The notes under the pieces are model-generated. The model did not search any database, was not told the origin of the DNA, and saw nothing but the letters and a program-made list of their open reading frames with translations. From an uncultured delta proteobacterium (GTDB taxonomy: Bacteria > Desulfobacterota > WTBG01 > CAIYCZ01 > CAIRTM01), in NCBI GenBank assembly GCA_963804955.1, contig CAWDSQ010000007.1, forward strand, positions 1-64,000: a stretch of 64,000 nucleotides of DNA, given 5' to 3'. This document shows positions 30,625 through 41,666 of the stretch, one piece after another (the first letter of the stretch is position 1; each line of letters starts with the position of its first letter). The translations under genes and the position numbers were made by a program.

Positions 30625-32680
30625 TCATGCACTAAACCTTTGCTTGATGTAGTCTGGAGTCTGGCTAGGGCTCAACTCGGTTGTGGATGGCCCGGTGCGG
30701 ATATAAAAATGTTCTGCGCCGCCATCCTTCACAAAAACAGGGGTGGAAGCTTTTTTGCATTTCACTACCATAACTCGGCAGTCGTCGTGGTCATCAAAAT
30801 GGACATGCATACTGGTCATGGCATGTATGCCCATGCGAGCCTTAACGATATCCACTAGATGCCGGGCCATCTGGTCTTCGTTTTCAAATTCACACCAGAA
30901 CCTATCGGGCTGACGTCATCGTGAAACACCTCCAGGGTACCGCTTAAAAACTTCGGGGGCATGCGATCTGCCAGCGGGGCTCGCTGACGTAGTGGCAATT
31001 GCAGGGTGGAATGCTCTTAGCTATTGCATTAAAATTGGACAGCACAATGGCTTTCTGGGGTAGGGGGCAGCGAATAACCTGTATAACTGCCCGTTTCCAG
31101 ATGATATGGCAGATGTTCCCGGTTTAGCGGCAGATGCTGATACATCCTAAGCTCCGATGGTACGATCATTGACTCCGGCAAATTTGCGATTTTTTCGCGG
31201 ATGAATGTGATTTGCTCAGGAACCCCTTGGGGAAGAGATATGCCGCTAACAGCGACTGGCATACGGGTCCAGCAGATCGGCCACCTTGGTTTTGGAGAAT
31301 AGCGCCCGCGCATCCAGCAGTACCAGCGCCGCATGGTAGGCAAACAAGGACGGGCTGCGCGGTGATGAAGTGGCCAGATCATTGGGCAGTGACATCGCCC
31401 AGAAATCCTTGGTGAGCGTGACGTCGCAGATTTGGCTGAGTATCTGCACAAAGCCTTCGGCTGTGTCCACATTACGCAACCGGGCCAGATCAAATTCCAT
31501 GGCCGATTCCGGCGAACCGGTAAAACGACCAGTGACCGCCGACATGAAAAACCAGCGAGCGATAACCCGCCGCAGTTCAAATTCGTTTACTTTATACTCG
31601 GTGCGCCCAATCAGGTAGAGAATATAGGAAAACAGCAGATTGTTCTGAGAGCTGATCATCTTCGCGCTGCGAAACCCGGCCTGACGAATGCAGTTCATGA
31701 AGTCGTGCCAGTATTGCAGGTTTAGTACCCGTTGCTGGGCATTCTTGAGCAGATCAAATTGCTGCTCCCGGCGTTCGTCACTAAATTTTCCGGTTTCTAA
31801 ATCCTTGCCGCGCAAAATCGAGTAGACATATTTGAGCCGGGCACGTTTAAATGCCACGCTCACCCCCACACGCAACAACTGATCCGGTGACGGTTCAATA
31901 AAATAATTGAACGATGACGCCTTGCCTTTTGAGGGTTTGCGGGCTTCACGGCAGAAGCTCTCCAGGGCAGTACGCCCTTCATCCCAGAACACCGACATTA
32001 TTGTCAAAATAAAGTCGGCCTGATTCAGCGGCGTGCCCTTACTATTGATGCGCACGAACACATCCGAAACCGCCTCTCGTCAATATCCGATGCCAATTCA
32101 AGCGCCGTAAATGGAAAACTCAGCAAACCCTGAAGCTAAGAATGCGGTCTTCAATAGCCAACTCCTCGGCTTCACTTATTTCACGAGCCGTCCGCAAATT
32201 CGCAAGATAGTCCCGAATAATCCGGGTTATCTTGACATCCGCACTCCACAAAGAGGAAATGTCCGGGATGAACGATTTGTCACGGCAAACGGCAGCATCG
32301 GCCACCTCAAACCTTTCTTCCAGTGGATTAAAGGCAATCTGGATTTGTTCGCTTTCAAAGTTTTCACGAAAAACTGGAATGTTTTTGATTACGGCATACA
32401 AAGAGGTCAGGCGTTGCTGACCATCCACAATCACCAGGCGGGGCGGCTTCTGTTTTTTGTCGGTGCCGATAGCCCGGGTGGTGTCGGTCAGAGCATTTTG
32501 CCAAAACAGTAGATAACCCACCGGGTATCCCTTGTACATGGAATCGAAAAGGTCGCGAACCTTGGCGTTCTTCCAGACAAAGGGCCGCTGAATGTCCGGC
32601 AGCCCAATTTCGCCCAGCCCGATATACTTGACCAGTGTTCCCATGTCATAGTCAACTTTGGTAAATACGGTTTCACTCAT
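30625..32680 (-). pseudogene. Disrupted DUF262 (GmrSD-like restriction) protein with C-terminal Schlafen/AlbA_2-like remnant
   Basis: LPDIQRPFVW, IVDGQQRLT and FVRINSKGTPL (DUF262) are split over frames near 32.1 kb; FYIRTGPSTTEL tail at 30625-30870; the middle is degraded. Confidence 0.75.
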
Positions 32681-32806
32681 GCGATGATCTCCTCTTGGGC
32701 ATTTACGGGGCATTTACGGGACGCTGTTGATTGAGTTGATTTAGTTATTTCGCAGCCAAGAAATGTCGGTTTTCGTGCCTCAACCCTACACATCTACGGT
32801 CTTCAT

Positions 32807-33118
32807 TTATAAATTGAGTGCAAAGGCGATTGCCTTGCGCACCTGCGCCATCTTTTCGGTTGAAAGCATTGTGATGCGTTCGCCTATTTTCCCTTTTGCC
32901 ACAGTCTGGATATGGTCGCAATTCACCGCGCAGTCTCTGTGCATGCCATCGTTTTCAGACAATACGACTTCGCTGGGAATATCGCGGATGGTTGAAGTGA
33001 TCGGCGCGATGGTGACTTCACCAAGGTATTCAAGGATTGAATCGCGGGTAAGAATGAGCACGGGCCGTCTTTTGTCCGGGGGATGAAACTTATACCACCT
33101 GACTTCTCCCCGCTTCAT
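32807..33118 (-). CDS. Type II toxin, PemK/MazF family endoribonuclease
   Basis: MKRGEV.W..F..PDKRRPVLILT...VTIAPITS...VNCDHIQTV. Confidence 0.92.
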   Translation of the reverse strand: MKRGEVRWYKFHPPDKRRPVLILTRDSILEYLGEVTIAPITSTIRDIPSEVVLSENDGMHRDCAVNCDHIQTVAKGKIGERITMLSTEKMAQVRKAIAFALNL

Positions 33119-33348
33119 TCATCACCCCATACCTGTTCGTCATCCCAGGCGCTGAATTCATTTTTTTTGGCGGGGTGTGCTGCGTAGCCCTTCTTGTGCC
33201 TGTCCTCAAGTTGGCGAACATTAAGGTTGCTCAGTTCATTCCGAAGAGCAGTGCGCGTAAACGCCGAGCGGGTTGTTTTGAGTGACTTGACCGCTTTGTC
33301 AACGGAAGCAATCAGCTTGTCGTCAAGCGTCATTTGTACGGTGCGCAT
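33115..33348 (-). CDS. Cognate antitoxin, CopG/ribbon-helix-helix type
   Basis: MRTVQMTLDD.L...VD...TRSAF.R.AL; 4-nt overlap with the toxin gene. Confidence 0.88.
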   Translation of the reverse strand: MRTVQMTLDDKLIASVDKAVKSLKTTRSAFTRTALRNELSNLNVRQLEDRHKKGYAAHPAKKNEFSAWDDEQVWGDE

Positions 33349-33443
33349 ATATGCCTCTCAATAATGTTTATATCTATAGCTATTATAATCCACAGGAGTA
33401 TCATGGTCAACAGGATTAATGTTTGCCGTGTTAAGGCTGCGCT

Positions 33444-34745
33444 TTAATACGGATAAAAGATAAAAAAGCACAGCGACATGCCGGCCAGCACCCAGAGCCC
33501 GACAGGCACTTCACGGCCCCGGCCTGCAAGCACCTTCATAAGCGGATAGAGCACAAAGCCGGCTGTCATGCCGATGCCGATATTATAGGTGAAGCTCATC
33601 AGCACAATGACTGAAAAAATAGGCACAGCCTCGGTGAGGTCGTCCAGTTTGGCCTTGGTAATGGTGGTGAGTATAAGAAGGCCCACAATGATCAGTGCAG
33701 GCCCATAGGCGCAGGGCGGTATAATGCTGAAAAACGGGGCGAAAAACAAGGCCGTTAGAAACAGCAGGGCCGTAACAACCGAGCTGAGCCCTGAACGGGC
33801 TCCGGACTCAACACCGGCGGCCGATTCGATATAGGCCCCCGCTGTTGTTGTGCCCAGAAGCGAAGCCGCAACTGTTGCCAGGGCATCGCAGAGCATGGGT
33901 TTTTCAATATCGGGCAGCCTGCCGTTTTTATCAAGCATGCCTGCCTTGTAGGAAACGCCCAGCAGCGTCGCCATCGTATCGACAAATGCCATGACGAAAA
34001 TCGTGAGGATGACTGAAAAAAACCCCCACTGCAAAGCTCCTGCAATATCAAGCTTAAACAGAATTGGAGCTATTGAGGGCGGCATGCTGACCCACTGCTT
34101 GGGCAGATCGATAATGCCGAGAGGAATGGCTAATAAAGTTGTCGCAAGGATGCCGATAAGCATGGCGCCCTTGACCTTTTTTATCATGAGCGCCGCTATG
34201 AAAATGAAACAGAAGACGGCAAGCAGCACGGATGGCTGCTTGAGATTGCCCACATGCACCGGAGCGCCCGGCACGCCCAGCGCCACAATACCTGCCTCGT
34301 TCAGGCCGATGAAAGTAAGAAAAAGGCCGATGCCGACGGCAAAGCTTATCTGCAGCCCCTGCGGGATCTGGTCCGTGAGCCAGCTGCGTATTTTAAAAAC
34401 CGTCAGCAGGGTAAACAGAATGCCTGCAATAAATATGGCTCCCAGTGCGGTCTGCCAGCTGTAGCCCAGCACCTTCACCACCGTATAGGCTATAAAGGCA
34501 TTCTCGCCCATATACGGCGCAATGGCAAAAGGCCGGTTGGCATAGACACCCATGAGCATGGTGCCGAAAAATGCGCTCAGAATGGTTGCCACCATGGACG
34601 CCCCGAACGGCATACCGGCAGCTTCGAGAATTTTCGGGTTAACGACTATGATATAGGCCATGGTTACAAAGGTCGTCAGCCCGCCGATAACTTCCTGCCT
34701 GACCGAGGTGCCGAGTTCGTGAAGGCGAAAATACCGTGCAATCAT
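33444..34745 (-). CDS. NCS2 family purine permease (AzgA/PbuG-like)
   Basis: GGLTTFVTMAYIIVVNP, APYMGENAF, YIESAAGV..GARSGL. Confidence 0.92.
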   Translation of the reverse strand: MIARYFRLHELGTSVRQEVIGGLTTFVTMAYIIVVNPKILEAAGMPFGASMVATILSAFFGTMLMGVYANRPFAIAPYMGENAFIAYTVVKVLGYSWQTALGAIFIAGILFTLLTVFKIRSWLTDQIPQGLQISFAVGIGLFLTFIGLNEAGIVALGVPGAPVHVGNLKQPSVLLAVFCFIFIAALMIKKVKGAMLIGILATTLLAIPLGIIDLPKQWVSMPPSIAPILFKLDIAGALQWGFFSVILTIFVMAFVDTMATLLGVSYKAGMLDKNGRLPDIEKPMLCDALATVAASLLGTTTAGAYIESAAGVESGARSGLSSVVTALLFLTALFFAPFFSIIPPCAYGPALIIVGLLILTTITKAKLDDLTEAVPIFSVIVLMSFTYNIGIGMTAGFVLYPLMKVLAGRGREVPVGLWVLAGMSLCFFIFYPY

Positions 34746-35098
34746 ACAATCCCCTTTTTGCGGCTTTTTTATACAACCACATGCCACAGTCATACTATGA
34801 TAATCAAGAGAAATAAAAAGTCTTATTGTATAAAATTTTTAAGACTTTTTACGCGCCGCAATGACCGTATTCTGCATCAAATAAAATTGAGCATCTGCAC
34901 CATAAACGCCGCAGTCAAACAAGGGTAAATTACTTGACATATAGTACGAGTTACAGTATTGAGTATAGAATACTTAGCATAAGAAGCATTTTTATCCTCT
35001 GGCTTTTTCTATGCTTTTATTCCCCGTTAGGACACACTGAATAAATTAATTACGCTTGACATATAAGAGATAGTTCCAGCACAGCGAAAGGAGCAAGC

Positions 35099-36814
35099 AT
35101 GGAGAAGAAAAAAATGATTCCGGCCAAACTGCCACCCGATATCTACCGGGCGCTTGAAGATGTGGTGGGCCGGGAATTTATCTCTCAGGACCGTGCGGTC
35201 CTGGAATGCTACAGCAAATTCTCAGTCGATGCCGGCGGAACGCTGAAAAAGCACATGAAAGACCCGAGCAATATACCTGCCTGCATCGTGTATCCGGAAT
35301 CGACCGAAGAGGTGCAGGCTATCATGCGCATCTGCAACCGCTATAGAGTTAATGTTATTCCTTTCACCAACGGCATGATCACCTTCAACGGCCCGACAAC
35401 GCCTGCCCCCACGGTCTGCGTGCATGTCAGCCGCATGAACAAGGTGCTTGAAGTAAATGAAGACACCATGACCGCACGGCTCCAGGCTTATGCCGACTAT
35501 GCCCAACTGCAGGCCGATGCCATGAAAAAAGGGCTCTGGAACGGCGGCACTCCTCTGGCAACCACGCTGTGCAAGCTGTCCTCGCAGAGCGCATTCGCCG
35601 GCGTGTGGCAGACCGACCACAAATTCGGCACCCTGTCGCGCAATATTATCAGCATTAAAGTCGTTTTGCCGACCGGCGATGTTCTGGTGACCGGCTCAGA
35701 CGCCGTCTCCGGCATGGATACATTCTGGGAATACGGCCCCGGCCCGGATCTGTTCTCCCTGGTACGCGGCAGCGGCGGCACGACGGGCATCGTAACCGAA
35801 GTCGTGTGCAAGCTGCACACCTGGGTCGGCGACCGGGAGCTCCCCGAGCCGCCGGCAGGCCGCCCGAGCATTCAGACCTTCACCGATGCAAAATACGATA
35901 CAGCCCCTTATCCCAAACGCCATAAGCTTTTGTGGGTTGAATTTGATGATCTTGAAACGGAAATTGCAGCACTTCGCAAGATCGGCCAGGCAGGCATCTG
36001 CATCGGCCTTAATGCGACCGGCGTGTATAATGCCTATTACTGCTCCCAGACGCAGGATCTCACGCTCGAGCGCGTGGCAAACAAATTCTTCCCGGCCTAT
36101 AACCTGTATGTAATCATTCAGGGCATTGTTTCCGAGGGCCAGATCGACTATGAAGAAAACATCGTGCGCGACATCATTGCCGAAACCGGAGGTAGATTTC
36201 TGACCGACGAGTACAAGGGCGACGTGCTGTATGCCCTTGCGCCCTGGAACCTCGACTGCATCCGCCATGTCACCGGCTACCGCATGAACCGCCACTCCTA
36301 CTGCGGCTCGAATATTCTCGGCGGCCCGGTCGATACGGTTGCCCGCAAAACCCGGGAGGTCTGGTCAAAAGCGCTCAATACCTTCGGCGAAACCTATGTG
36401 ACAGATCGCGGCGGCATGGATGATACGCCGTTTCTCTACTCCAGCAATCACAGCGGCCGGTTCTGGCTGACCGAGGCCGATGTCTACCCCGACATGAACA
36501 AGCCGGAACTGCTGCAGCAGGCCCAGGCAACGGTTGCCTGCGGTATGATCAACACCATAGCCGACAAGTACGGCCCCGGCGCAAACGGTCTTGGCGTCTC
36601 GATTGAGCCCATCACCTCGTTCATGCCGGAAGTCGGCCCCAATGCCCATCTGCTGTTCAGAAAAATACGCAATGTGTTCGATCCCAACGGCATCTGTGCG
36701 GCCGGACGGCAGATTTTCACCAAGGCTGAATATGATGCCTTCCCCGAGCAGGCTCTGGCGGGCTTTAACAAGCTGCGGCAGATGCATGGTCTGCAGTCCA
36801 TTGAGAGAAAGTAA
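35099..36814 (+). CDS. FAD-binding oxidoreductase (VAO/PCMH-type, GlcD-like)
   Basis: PACIVYPESTEEVQAI, KVVLPTGD...TGS, GPGPDL, GTTGIVT, KIRNVFDPNGI. Confidence 0.85.
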   Translation: MEKKKMIPAKLPPDIYRALEDVVGREFISQDRAVLECYSKFSVDAGGTLKKHMKDPSNIPACIVYPESTEEVQAIMRICNRYRVNVIPFTNGMITFNGPTTPAPTVCVHVSRMNKVLEVNEDTMTARLQAYADYAQLQADAMKKGLWNGGTPLATTLCKLSSQSAFAGVWQTDHKFGTLSRNIISIKVVLPTGDVLVTGSDAVSGMDTFWEYGPGPDLFSLVRGSGGTTGIVTEVVCKLHTWVGDRELPEPPAGRPSIQTFTDAKYDTAPYPKRHKLLWVEFDDLETEIAALRKIGQAGICIGLNATGVYNAYYCSQTQDLTLERVANKFFPAYNLYVIIQGIVSEGQIDYEENIVRDIIAETGGRFLTDEYKGDVLYALAPWNLDCIRHVTGYRMNRHSYCGSNILGGPVDTVARKTREVWSKALNTFGETYVTDRGGMDDTPFLYSSNHSGRFWLTEADVYPDMNKPELLQQAQATVACGMINTIADKYGPGANGLGVSIEPITSFMPEVGPNAHLLFRKIRNVFDPNGICAAGRQIFTKAEYDAFPEQALAGFNKLRQMHGLQSIERK

Positions 36815-36838
36815 CCATTCCAGGAGAAGGAACAGGCT

Positions 36839-38314
36839 ATGGCAGTTGATAAATCAAAACTTGAAAAAATCGCGGGCAAAAAAAATGTCCTTGATGATGA
36901 AGCGACCCTGAAGCGGTTCTCCCAGGATCAAAGCTTTGTTTCTCCCCGTCGGCCCGATGTCGTCGTGTATGTCGAAAAGGTGGACCAGGTGCAGCAAATC
37001 GTACGGCTTGCCAATGAAACACTCACGCCCATCGTACCCTTCAGCTCCGGGCTCACCCTGCGCGGGGCGACCATACCCGATCAGGGCGGCATCATACTGA
37101 ACATGTCCAGGATGAATAAGATCATTGAAATCGATGAAGAAAACCTGTTTGCCATGATCGAGCCCGGCGTCACCTATAAGCAGCTGCAGGACGAGCTTGC
37201 CCCCAAAGGTTTCAAGGTGATGGCGCCCTTCGGCGCGCCGGCAGACCGGTCGGTTCTCACCAGCTATCTTGAACGCGATCCGGTCATGGCGGCCCCTTGC
37301 TTTGAAGACGGCAATTTTCTTATTATGGATACTGAAATCGTGCTGCCGGACGGCGAACTGTTCCACACCGGCAACTGGGCATCGGGTGGTCGTCCCGGCG
37401 CGCCAGCAGGCCCGATCCGCAATAATGTTTTCCGCCTCTGGACCGCAGCGCAGGGCACCTTCGGCATTATGACCAAAATGGTCGTACAGATTTCCTATAT
37501 CCCCGAGTCGCGCAAAATTTTCTTTATACCCTTTAAGGCGCTTGCCGATGCCATTGAGCCGATGAAACTCATCCAGCGCAGGGAAATCGGCGCGGAAAGC
37601 TTTATCATCAACAGCTTCAACCTCGCAGCGCTGCTCGCAGACAGCTGGAAGATCCCTGCCACATTCCCGGCAAAGCCTGCTGATACAAAGGAATTTGAGC
37701 AGATCAGAAAAGCGCTGCCTGACTGGACAATGGCTGTGGTGATCAATGGCCCCAAACGCCGCACCGATGAAAAAATCGCCTATGAGGCGGAGGCGCTGCG
37801 GGAAATCTGCGATACGCTGAACCTGGAACTGCTTGAAAGCCTGCCCAATGTAACCGGCGCGGAAAATATCATTGAAACAGAGCTGCTGCGGCCCTGGGGA
37901 GTACTGCGGAAATTCAACTACAAGGGCTCAGTGCATGACCTTACCTTTAAGGCGCCCATCACTAAGGTTGCCGAACTTGAAAAAATGCTGAACAAGCTTG
38001 CGGCAGTTGCCGGCTATCCGGCAGCCGATATCGGCAGCTACATCATGCCCCTTGAGCGCGGACGTGCCATACACTGCGAACTTGACCTGCACTGCCCGGC
38101 CGCAGATGGCCCTGAGCGCGAGATGGTAAAAAAACTCTGGCAGCAGGCTTCAGCCGAGCTTATAAATAACGGCGCCTACTTTGACCGGCCCTACGGCATA
38201 TGGGCGCCGCTCATGTACAGCCGCGCGGCAGAGTATTCGCAGATGCTTAAAAAACTAAAGGCGGAGACCGATCCGAATAATATTCTCAATCCCGGCAAGC
38301 TCTGCTTTGCATAA
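36839..38314 (+). CDS. FAD-binding oxidoreductase (VAO/PCMH-type)
   Basis: PDVVV, MSRMNKIIEID, IEPGVTY.QL, QGTFGIMTK, DPNNILNPGKL. Confidence 0.88.
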   Translation: MAVDKSKLEKIAGKKNVLDDEATLKRFSQDQSFVSPRRPDVVVYVEKVDQVQQIVRLANETLTPIVPFSSGLTLRGATIPDQGGIILNMSRMNKIIEIDEENLFAMIEPGVTYKQLQDELAPKGFKVMAPFGAPADRSVLTSYLERDPVMAAPCFEDGNFLIMDTEIVLPDGELFHTGNWASGGRPGAPAGPIRNNVFRLWTAAQGTFGIMTKMVVQISYIPESRKIFFIPFKALADAIEPMKLIQRREIGAESFIINSFNLAALLADSWKIPATFPAKPADTKEFEQIRKALPDWTMAVVINGPKRRTDEKIAYEAEALREICDTLNLELLESLPNVTGAENIIETELLRPWGVLRKFNYKGSVHDLTFKAPITKVAELEKMLNKLAAVAGYPAADIGSYIMPLERGRAIHCELDLHCPAADGPEREMVKKLWQQASAELINNGAYFDRPYGIWAPLMYSRAAEYSQMLKKLKAETDPNNILNPGKLCFA

Positions 38315-38352
38315 AATGCGTGAAACTCATTTTTCAGGAGGTTTAAACAAAT

Positions 38353-39681
38353 ATGACCGATTATGATGTAATAGTTATTGGTTGCGGCCCTGCCGGCATG
38401 ATGGCAGTCGGCGAGCTGACAAAGCGCGGCATAAAGGTGCTGGGCGTCGACAAAAAACCCAAACTTGATGTAAATATCCGCACCGCATCCGGGTACTGCT
38501 TTCTTGACCAGCCTTTCAACAAGGAGTTTATCAAGTGCATTCCCAAGGGCGATGTAACCGACCTGGAATATACCGACGGCGGCTTTACTGCAACCTATTC
38601 GGCGCCGATGCAGGGTATTTTTCACTCTCATATGTTTTCCGACACGGGCCGCCACTGGCAGGCTACAACGACCAAAAAGCCGTTTTACCACTTGTTTGAG
38701 CCGGCCAGATGCCATGCAGATCGCTATGCCTGGGCAAAATCAAAGGGCGCCGAGTTCATGGCCGGCACCTCGTTTATCAACTGCACACAAACCCCCGGAT
38801 CGGTTGAAGTGCTGCTGCGCAAGGATGGAAAGAACAAAACCCTTACCTGCAAGAAGCTCATTGCCGCAGACGGCCTCGTCTCCCGCGTGGCCAAGGTGAC
38901 GGGCGTTAACGAAAAACGGCTCAATTTCGGCATGAAAGGCCCGACAATCGAATATGAGATGGACGGCGTTGAAATGCCCTATGACCGCGGCGATTCCTTT
39001 TTCTTCGGCTCGAAAAACTTCGGCGGCATGGCAGGCGGCGTCATCATGGTCCCCAGCCCTCACGGCGAAAAGTGCTACCGCGCTGAGACCATGTCCATGC
39101 TTCCGGCATCAAGCGCGACCGATATCATTGAGTATTTCATTCACAAAAGCCCGTTTGCCAGCTGGTTTAAAAATGTCAAAATCCTGGAGATCAGCGGTGT
39201 TATCGTCGAATTCCTCGGCCCCCTGAACGTGCCCAAGCTCGGCAATATACTCTATGTCGGCGATTCCGCGGCCTATGGCGAGTGCCTGTATCAGTGCGCT
39301 GTCATGTGCGGCTATAAGAGCGCCCAGTGCGTTGAAATGGAGCTGAAGGGCCAGAGTGGCTATGACGAATACTGCGAATGGTGGGCCGACCATTTCGAGT
39401 GGGTGCGCAATCCCAAGCGCATGGCTGACTATACCAAGCGCGTGCTCTTCCCCCGCTTCTTCACGGTGCAGGAACTGGACTTCCTGTTTGACCTTTCCGA
39501 GAAGAACCGCATCGTCGTGGAAGAAGTCTCGGCAACCCCGTACACCTTCACACAGATGATCATGGAGCAGTTTATGGCCATGCCGGAAGTCCCCCAGAAG
39601 CTCAGGGAGCGCATGCAGTTCATTATCGATGCCGACATGTCCCAGGTTGCCGCAGTGGTCGGCCAGGTGCAGAAGTCCTAA
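38353..39681 (+). CDS. NAD(P)/FAD-dependent oxidoreductase (geranylgeranyl reductase/FixC-like)
   Basis: YDVIVIGCGPAG, LIAADG..SRVA, YVGDSAA. Confidence 0.82.
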   Translation: MTDYDVIVIGCGPAGMMAVGELTKRGIKVLGVDKKPKLDVNIRTASGYCFLDQPFNKEFIKCIPKGDVTDLEYTDGGFTATYSAPMQGIFHSHMFSDTGRHWQATTTKKPFYHLFEPARCHADRYAWAKSKGAEFMAGTSFINCTQTPGSVEVLLRKDGKNKTLTCKKLIAADGLVSRVAKVTGVNEKRLNFGMKGPTIEYEMDGVEMPYDRGDSFFFGSKNFGGMAGGVIMVPSPHGEKCYRAETMSMLPASSATDIIEYFIHKSPFASWFKNVKILEISGVIVEFLGPLNVPKLGNILYVGDSAAYGECLYQCAVMCGYKSAQCVEMELKGQSGYDEYCEWWADHFEWVRNPKRMADYTKRVLFPRFFTVQELDFLFDLSEKNRIVVEEVSATPYTFTQMIMEQFMAMPEVPQKLRERMQFIIDADMSQVAAVVGQVQKS

Positions 39682-39700
39682 GCGCTTACCTTCAAAAGTT

Positions 39701-39734
39701 AAAAGCCGCTGTGCAGACCACAGCGGCTTTTTTT
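39701..39734 (+). terminator. Rho-independent terminator (possibly bidirectional)
   Basis: AAAAGCCGCTGTG/CACAGCGGCTTTT stem followed by a T run. Confidence 0.85.
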
Positions 39735-39873
39735 ATTGTTAAAATAAATCCTGCAGGTCGCAATAGAGATGCACCGTACGGAGAACAACACCGCGCAACA
39801 AGACCAATAAAGCAGAATCCAAACTGAACATCCTGCTGCGCGACCATGCTCAGTGCTGCGCTACATAAAACAG

Positions 39874-40065
39874 TTATTCCTTTTTCGGTTCGTTCTTTTC
39901 AATGAAGGCTTTGATGTCATCAAGGTACTTTACAATAGCCCTGGCCTTGGTAAGCCCGAACGAAAACCGTCCCCGTGGCCCGGGTATAGGCAGGGTAATA
40001 ACCGGATTGCCCTTGTATTCTCCAACAGTCACTTCATCCTGTTTTGCGGTTTCGTTCTCTGGCAT
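39874..40065 (-). CDS. Small hypothetical protein (63 aa)
   Basis: GEYKGNPVITL...FSFGLTKARAIVKYLDDIKAF; GAAGGGGA RBS. Confidence 0.7.
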   Translation of the reverse strand: MPENETAKQDEVTVGEYKGNPVITLPIPGPRGRFSFGLTKARAIVKYLDDIKAFIEKNEPKKE

Positions 40066-40094
40066 CAGTTTTTCCCCTTCATGTAAATGATAAC

Positions 40095-40331
40095 TTATTG
40101 GCAGTCACAAATTTTATCAAGGGACTCATCCTCCTCAAGCACGCCGTATATGCGCCAGCCGTTGCTGCCTGCATTGCTATAGAGAATGAGATCGGAAGAG
40201 ATAAAGGAAAGATATGCTGTGCTGCATTTAGGGCATATAAATGTCTTTGTCAGGTCTGTAAAATGATCCTTGCCATAGTGATTTACAATCGTCTCAAGAG
40301 TCTTGGTCAGAATTTCCTTGTAGAGCTTCAT
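40095..40331 (-). CDS. Small hypothetical protein (78 aa, CPKC)
   Basis: Open frame with GGAAGG RBS, co-oriented with the 63-aa gene. Confidence 0.5.
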   Translation of the reverse strand: MKLYKEILTKTLETIVNHYGKDHFTDLTKTFICPKCSTAYLSFISSDLILYSNAGSNGWRIYGVLEEDESLDKICDCQ

Positions 40332-40667
40332 ACTGGCGCCTTCCGCAAAATTTTGAATTTGATCCCCGTTTTAAGTGCATATAAAGGCATAACAGATACG
40401 TTTGTGAAGTCAATAAAAATTTACATTATGCTATGGAATAATCAGTTTTTCCAAAAGTTCCCAGGCCCAGGATGACCATGAAGCATACGGCAGTTAGCAG
40501 CGCAGCCGCGTCTGCCAAACAGTCAGGTAAATATTTCAGAGTGGGTTTCTACCTCCATACCCCTTTTTCTTGCACTGAGCTTCTTTGAATGGTATTTTTA
40601 TAAAAAACACGCACACAGGTACTATGCTCATCACGAAACCCCGGTTCCCCAATAGCTATCTCAAAGC

Positions 40668-41432
40668 TTGCGCTTTCATTCTGGCATCGTCCTTTTTTTC
40701 TGCGCCTGTGCGGGGCGCATGCCGCCGCCGCAGGCAAAGCAAAAAACAACGCCAGGTATGCCGCGAAGCCAGAAGCCGTATCAAATATACGGGGTTTGGT
40801 ACTACCCCATTCCATCAGCCCAGGGCTATACCGAAAATGGTATAGCAAGCTGGTATGGCGACATTTTTCATGGCAAGCCTACCTCAAGCGGCGAAGCCTA
40901 CAATATGTACGACATGACAGCAGCCCACAAAACCCTTCCGCTTGGAACGCATGTTAAGGTCACCAATAAAAACAATGGCGGAGCAGTCATCCTGCGCATC
41001 AATGACCGCGGTCCTTTTGTAGCCGGCCGTATTATCGACCTCTCCTATACTGCGGCACAGAAGCTCGGCATGCTGCAGCCCGGCACTATCCCGGTCAGGG
41101 TTGAGGCTGTACAGGTGGCCGAAAAAACAGCTCTGAAAGGTAAAACAGTCTGGAAGGCTGAGTCAGTGCCTGATTTCCAGCACGGCAATTTCACCATACA
41201 GGTAGGAGCTTTTCAGCAGGTGGCAAATGCCATCAATTTACGGAAAGCCTTGCAGCAGCACTATGAAAAAGCGTCCATTCAGCCGCCCGCAACACGCGAC
41301 CGCGAACGTTATTTCCGCGTGCAGGTAGGGAAATATACAGACCTGCAGAAGGCTCAGCAGGAGGCCGATAAACTAAAGCAGAACGGGTATCCAGGGTCCT
41401 TTGTGGTTGCCCTGGATGAAAAAACCAGTTGA
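40668..41432 (+). CDS. rlpA: Septal ring lytic transglycosylase RlpA with C-terminal SPOR domain (true start probably about 40624, across a 1-nt indel)
   Basis: [18 protein letters not shown]...[29 protein letters not shown]; lipobox-like FFCAC. Confidence 0.92.
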   Translation: MRFHSGIVLFFCACAGRMPPPQAKQKTTPGMPRSQKPYQIYGVWYYPIPSAQGYTENGIASWYGDIFHGKPTSSGEAYNMYDMTAAHKTLPLGTHVKVTNKNNGGAVILRINDRGPFVAGRIIDLSYTAAQKLGMLQPGTIPVRVEAVQVAEKTALKGKTVWKAESVPDFQHGNFTIQVGAFQQVANAINLRKALQQHYEKASIQPPATRDRERYFRVQVGKYTDLQKAQQEADKLKQNGYPGSFVVALDEKTS

Positions 41433-41439
41433 GCCGCAA

Positions 41440-41565
41440 CTGGGAAATTTTTGAGTATATTCCCGGTCACCTCGGCAATGACTTTAAAAAGAACTCCAAC
41501 ACCCGTAATGCTGATCACCATGGCAAGCAGCTTGCCTGCCCGGGTGACAGGCCGGATGCCGTTCA
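41440..41565 (-). pseudogene. Remnant resembling a potassium-channel inner helix
   Basis: IRPVTRAGKLLAMVISITGVGVLF resembles the P.T..G+ helix following a K+ channel filter; no GYG present. Confidence 0.3.
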
Positions 41566-41666
41566 GCAAATTTCAAGTATAAGGCATGCTGCAAATATAT
41601 GCGCTAAGGATTAAGCCTCGAGGTTACCCTGTCAGAGCAACGCTTGCCTTTTAAGCGCATTGCGCT

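Noticed and set aside
32697..32720. Short tandem GGGCATTTACG duplication
   Set aside because: Only two copies and no associated feature.
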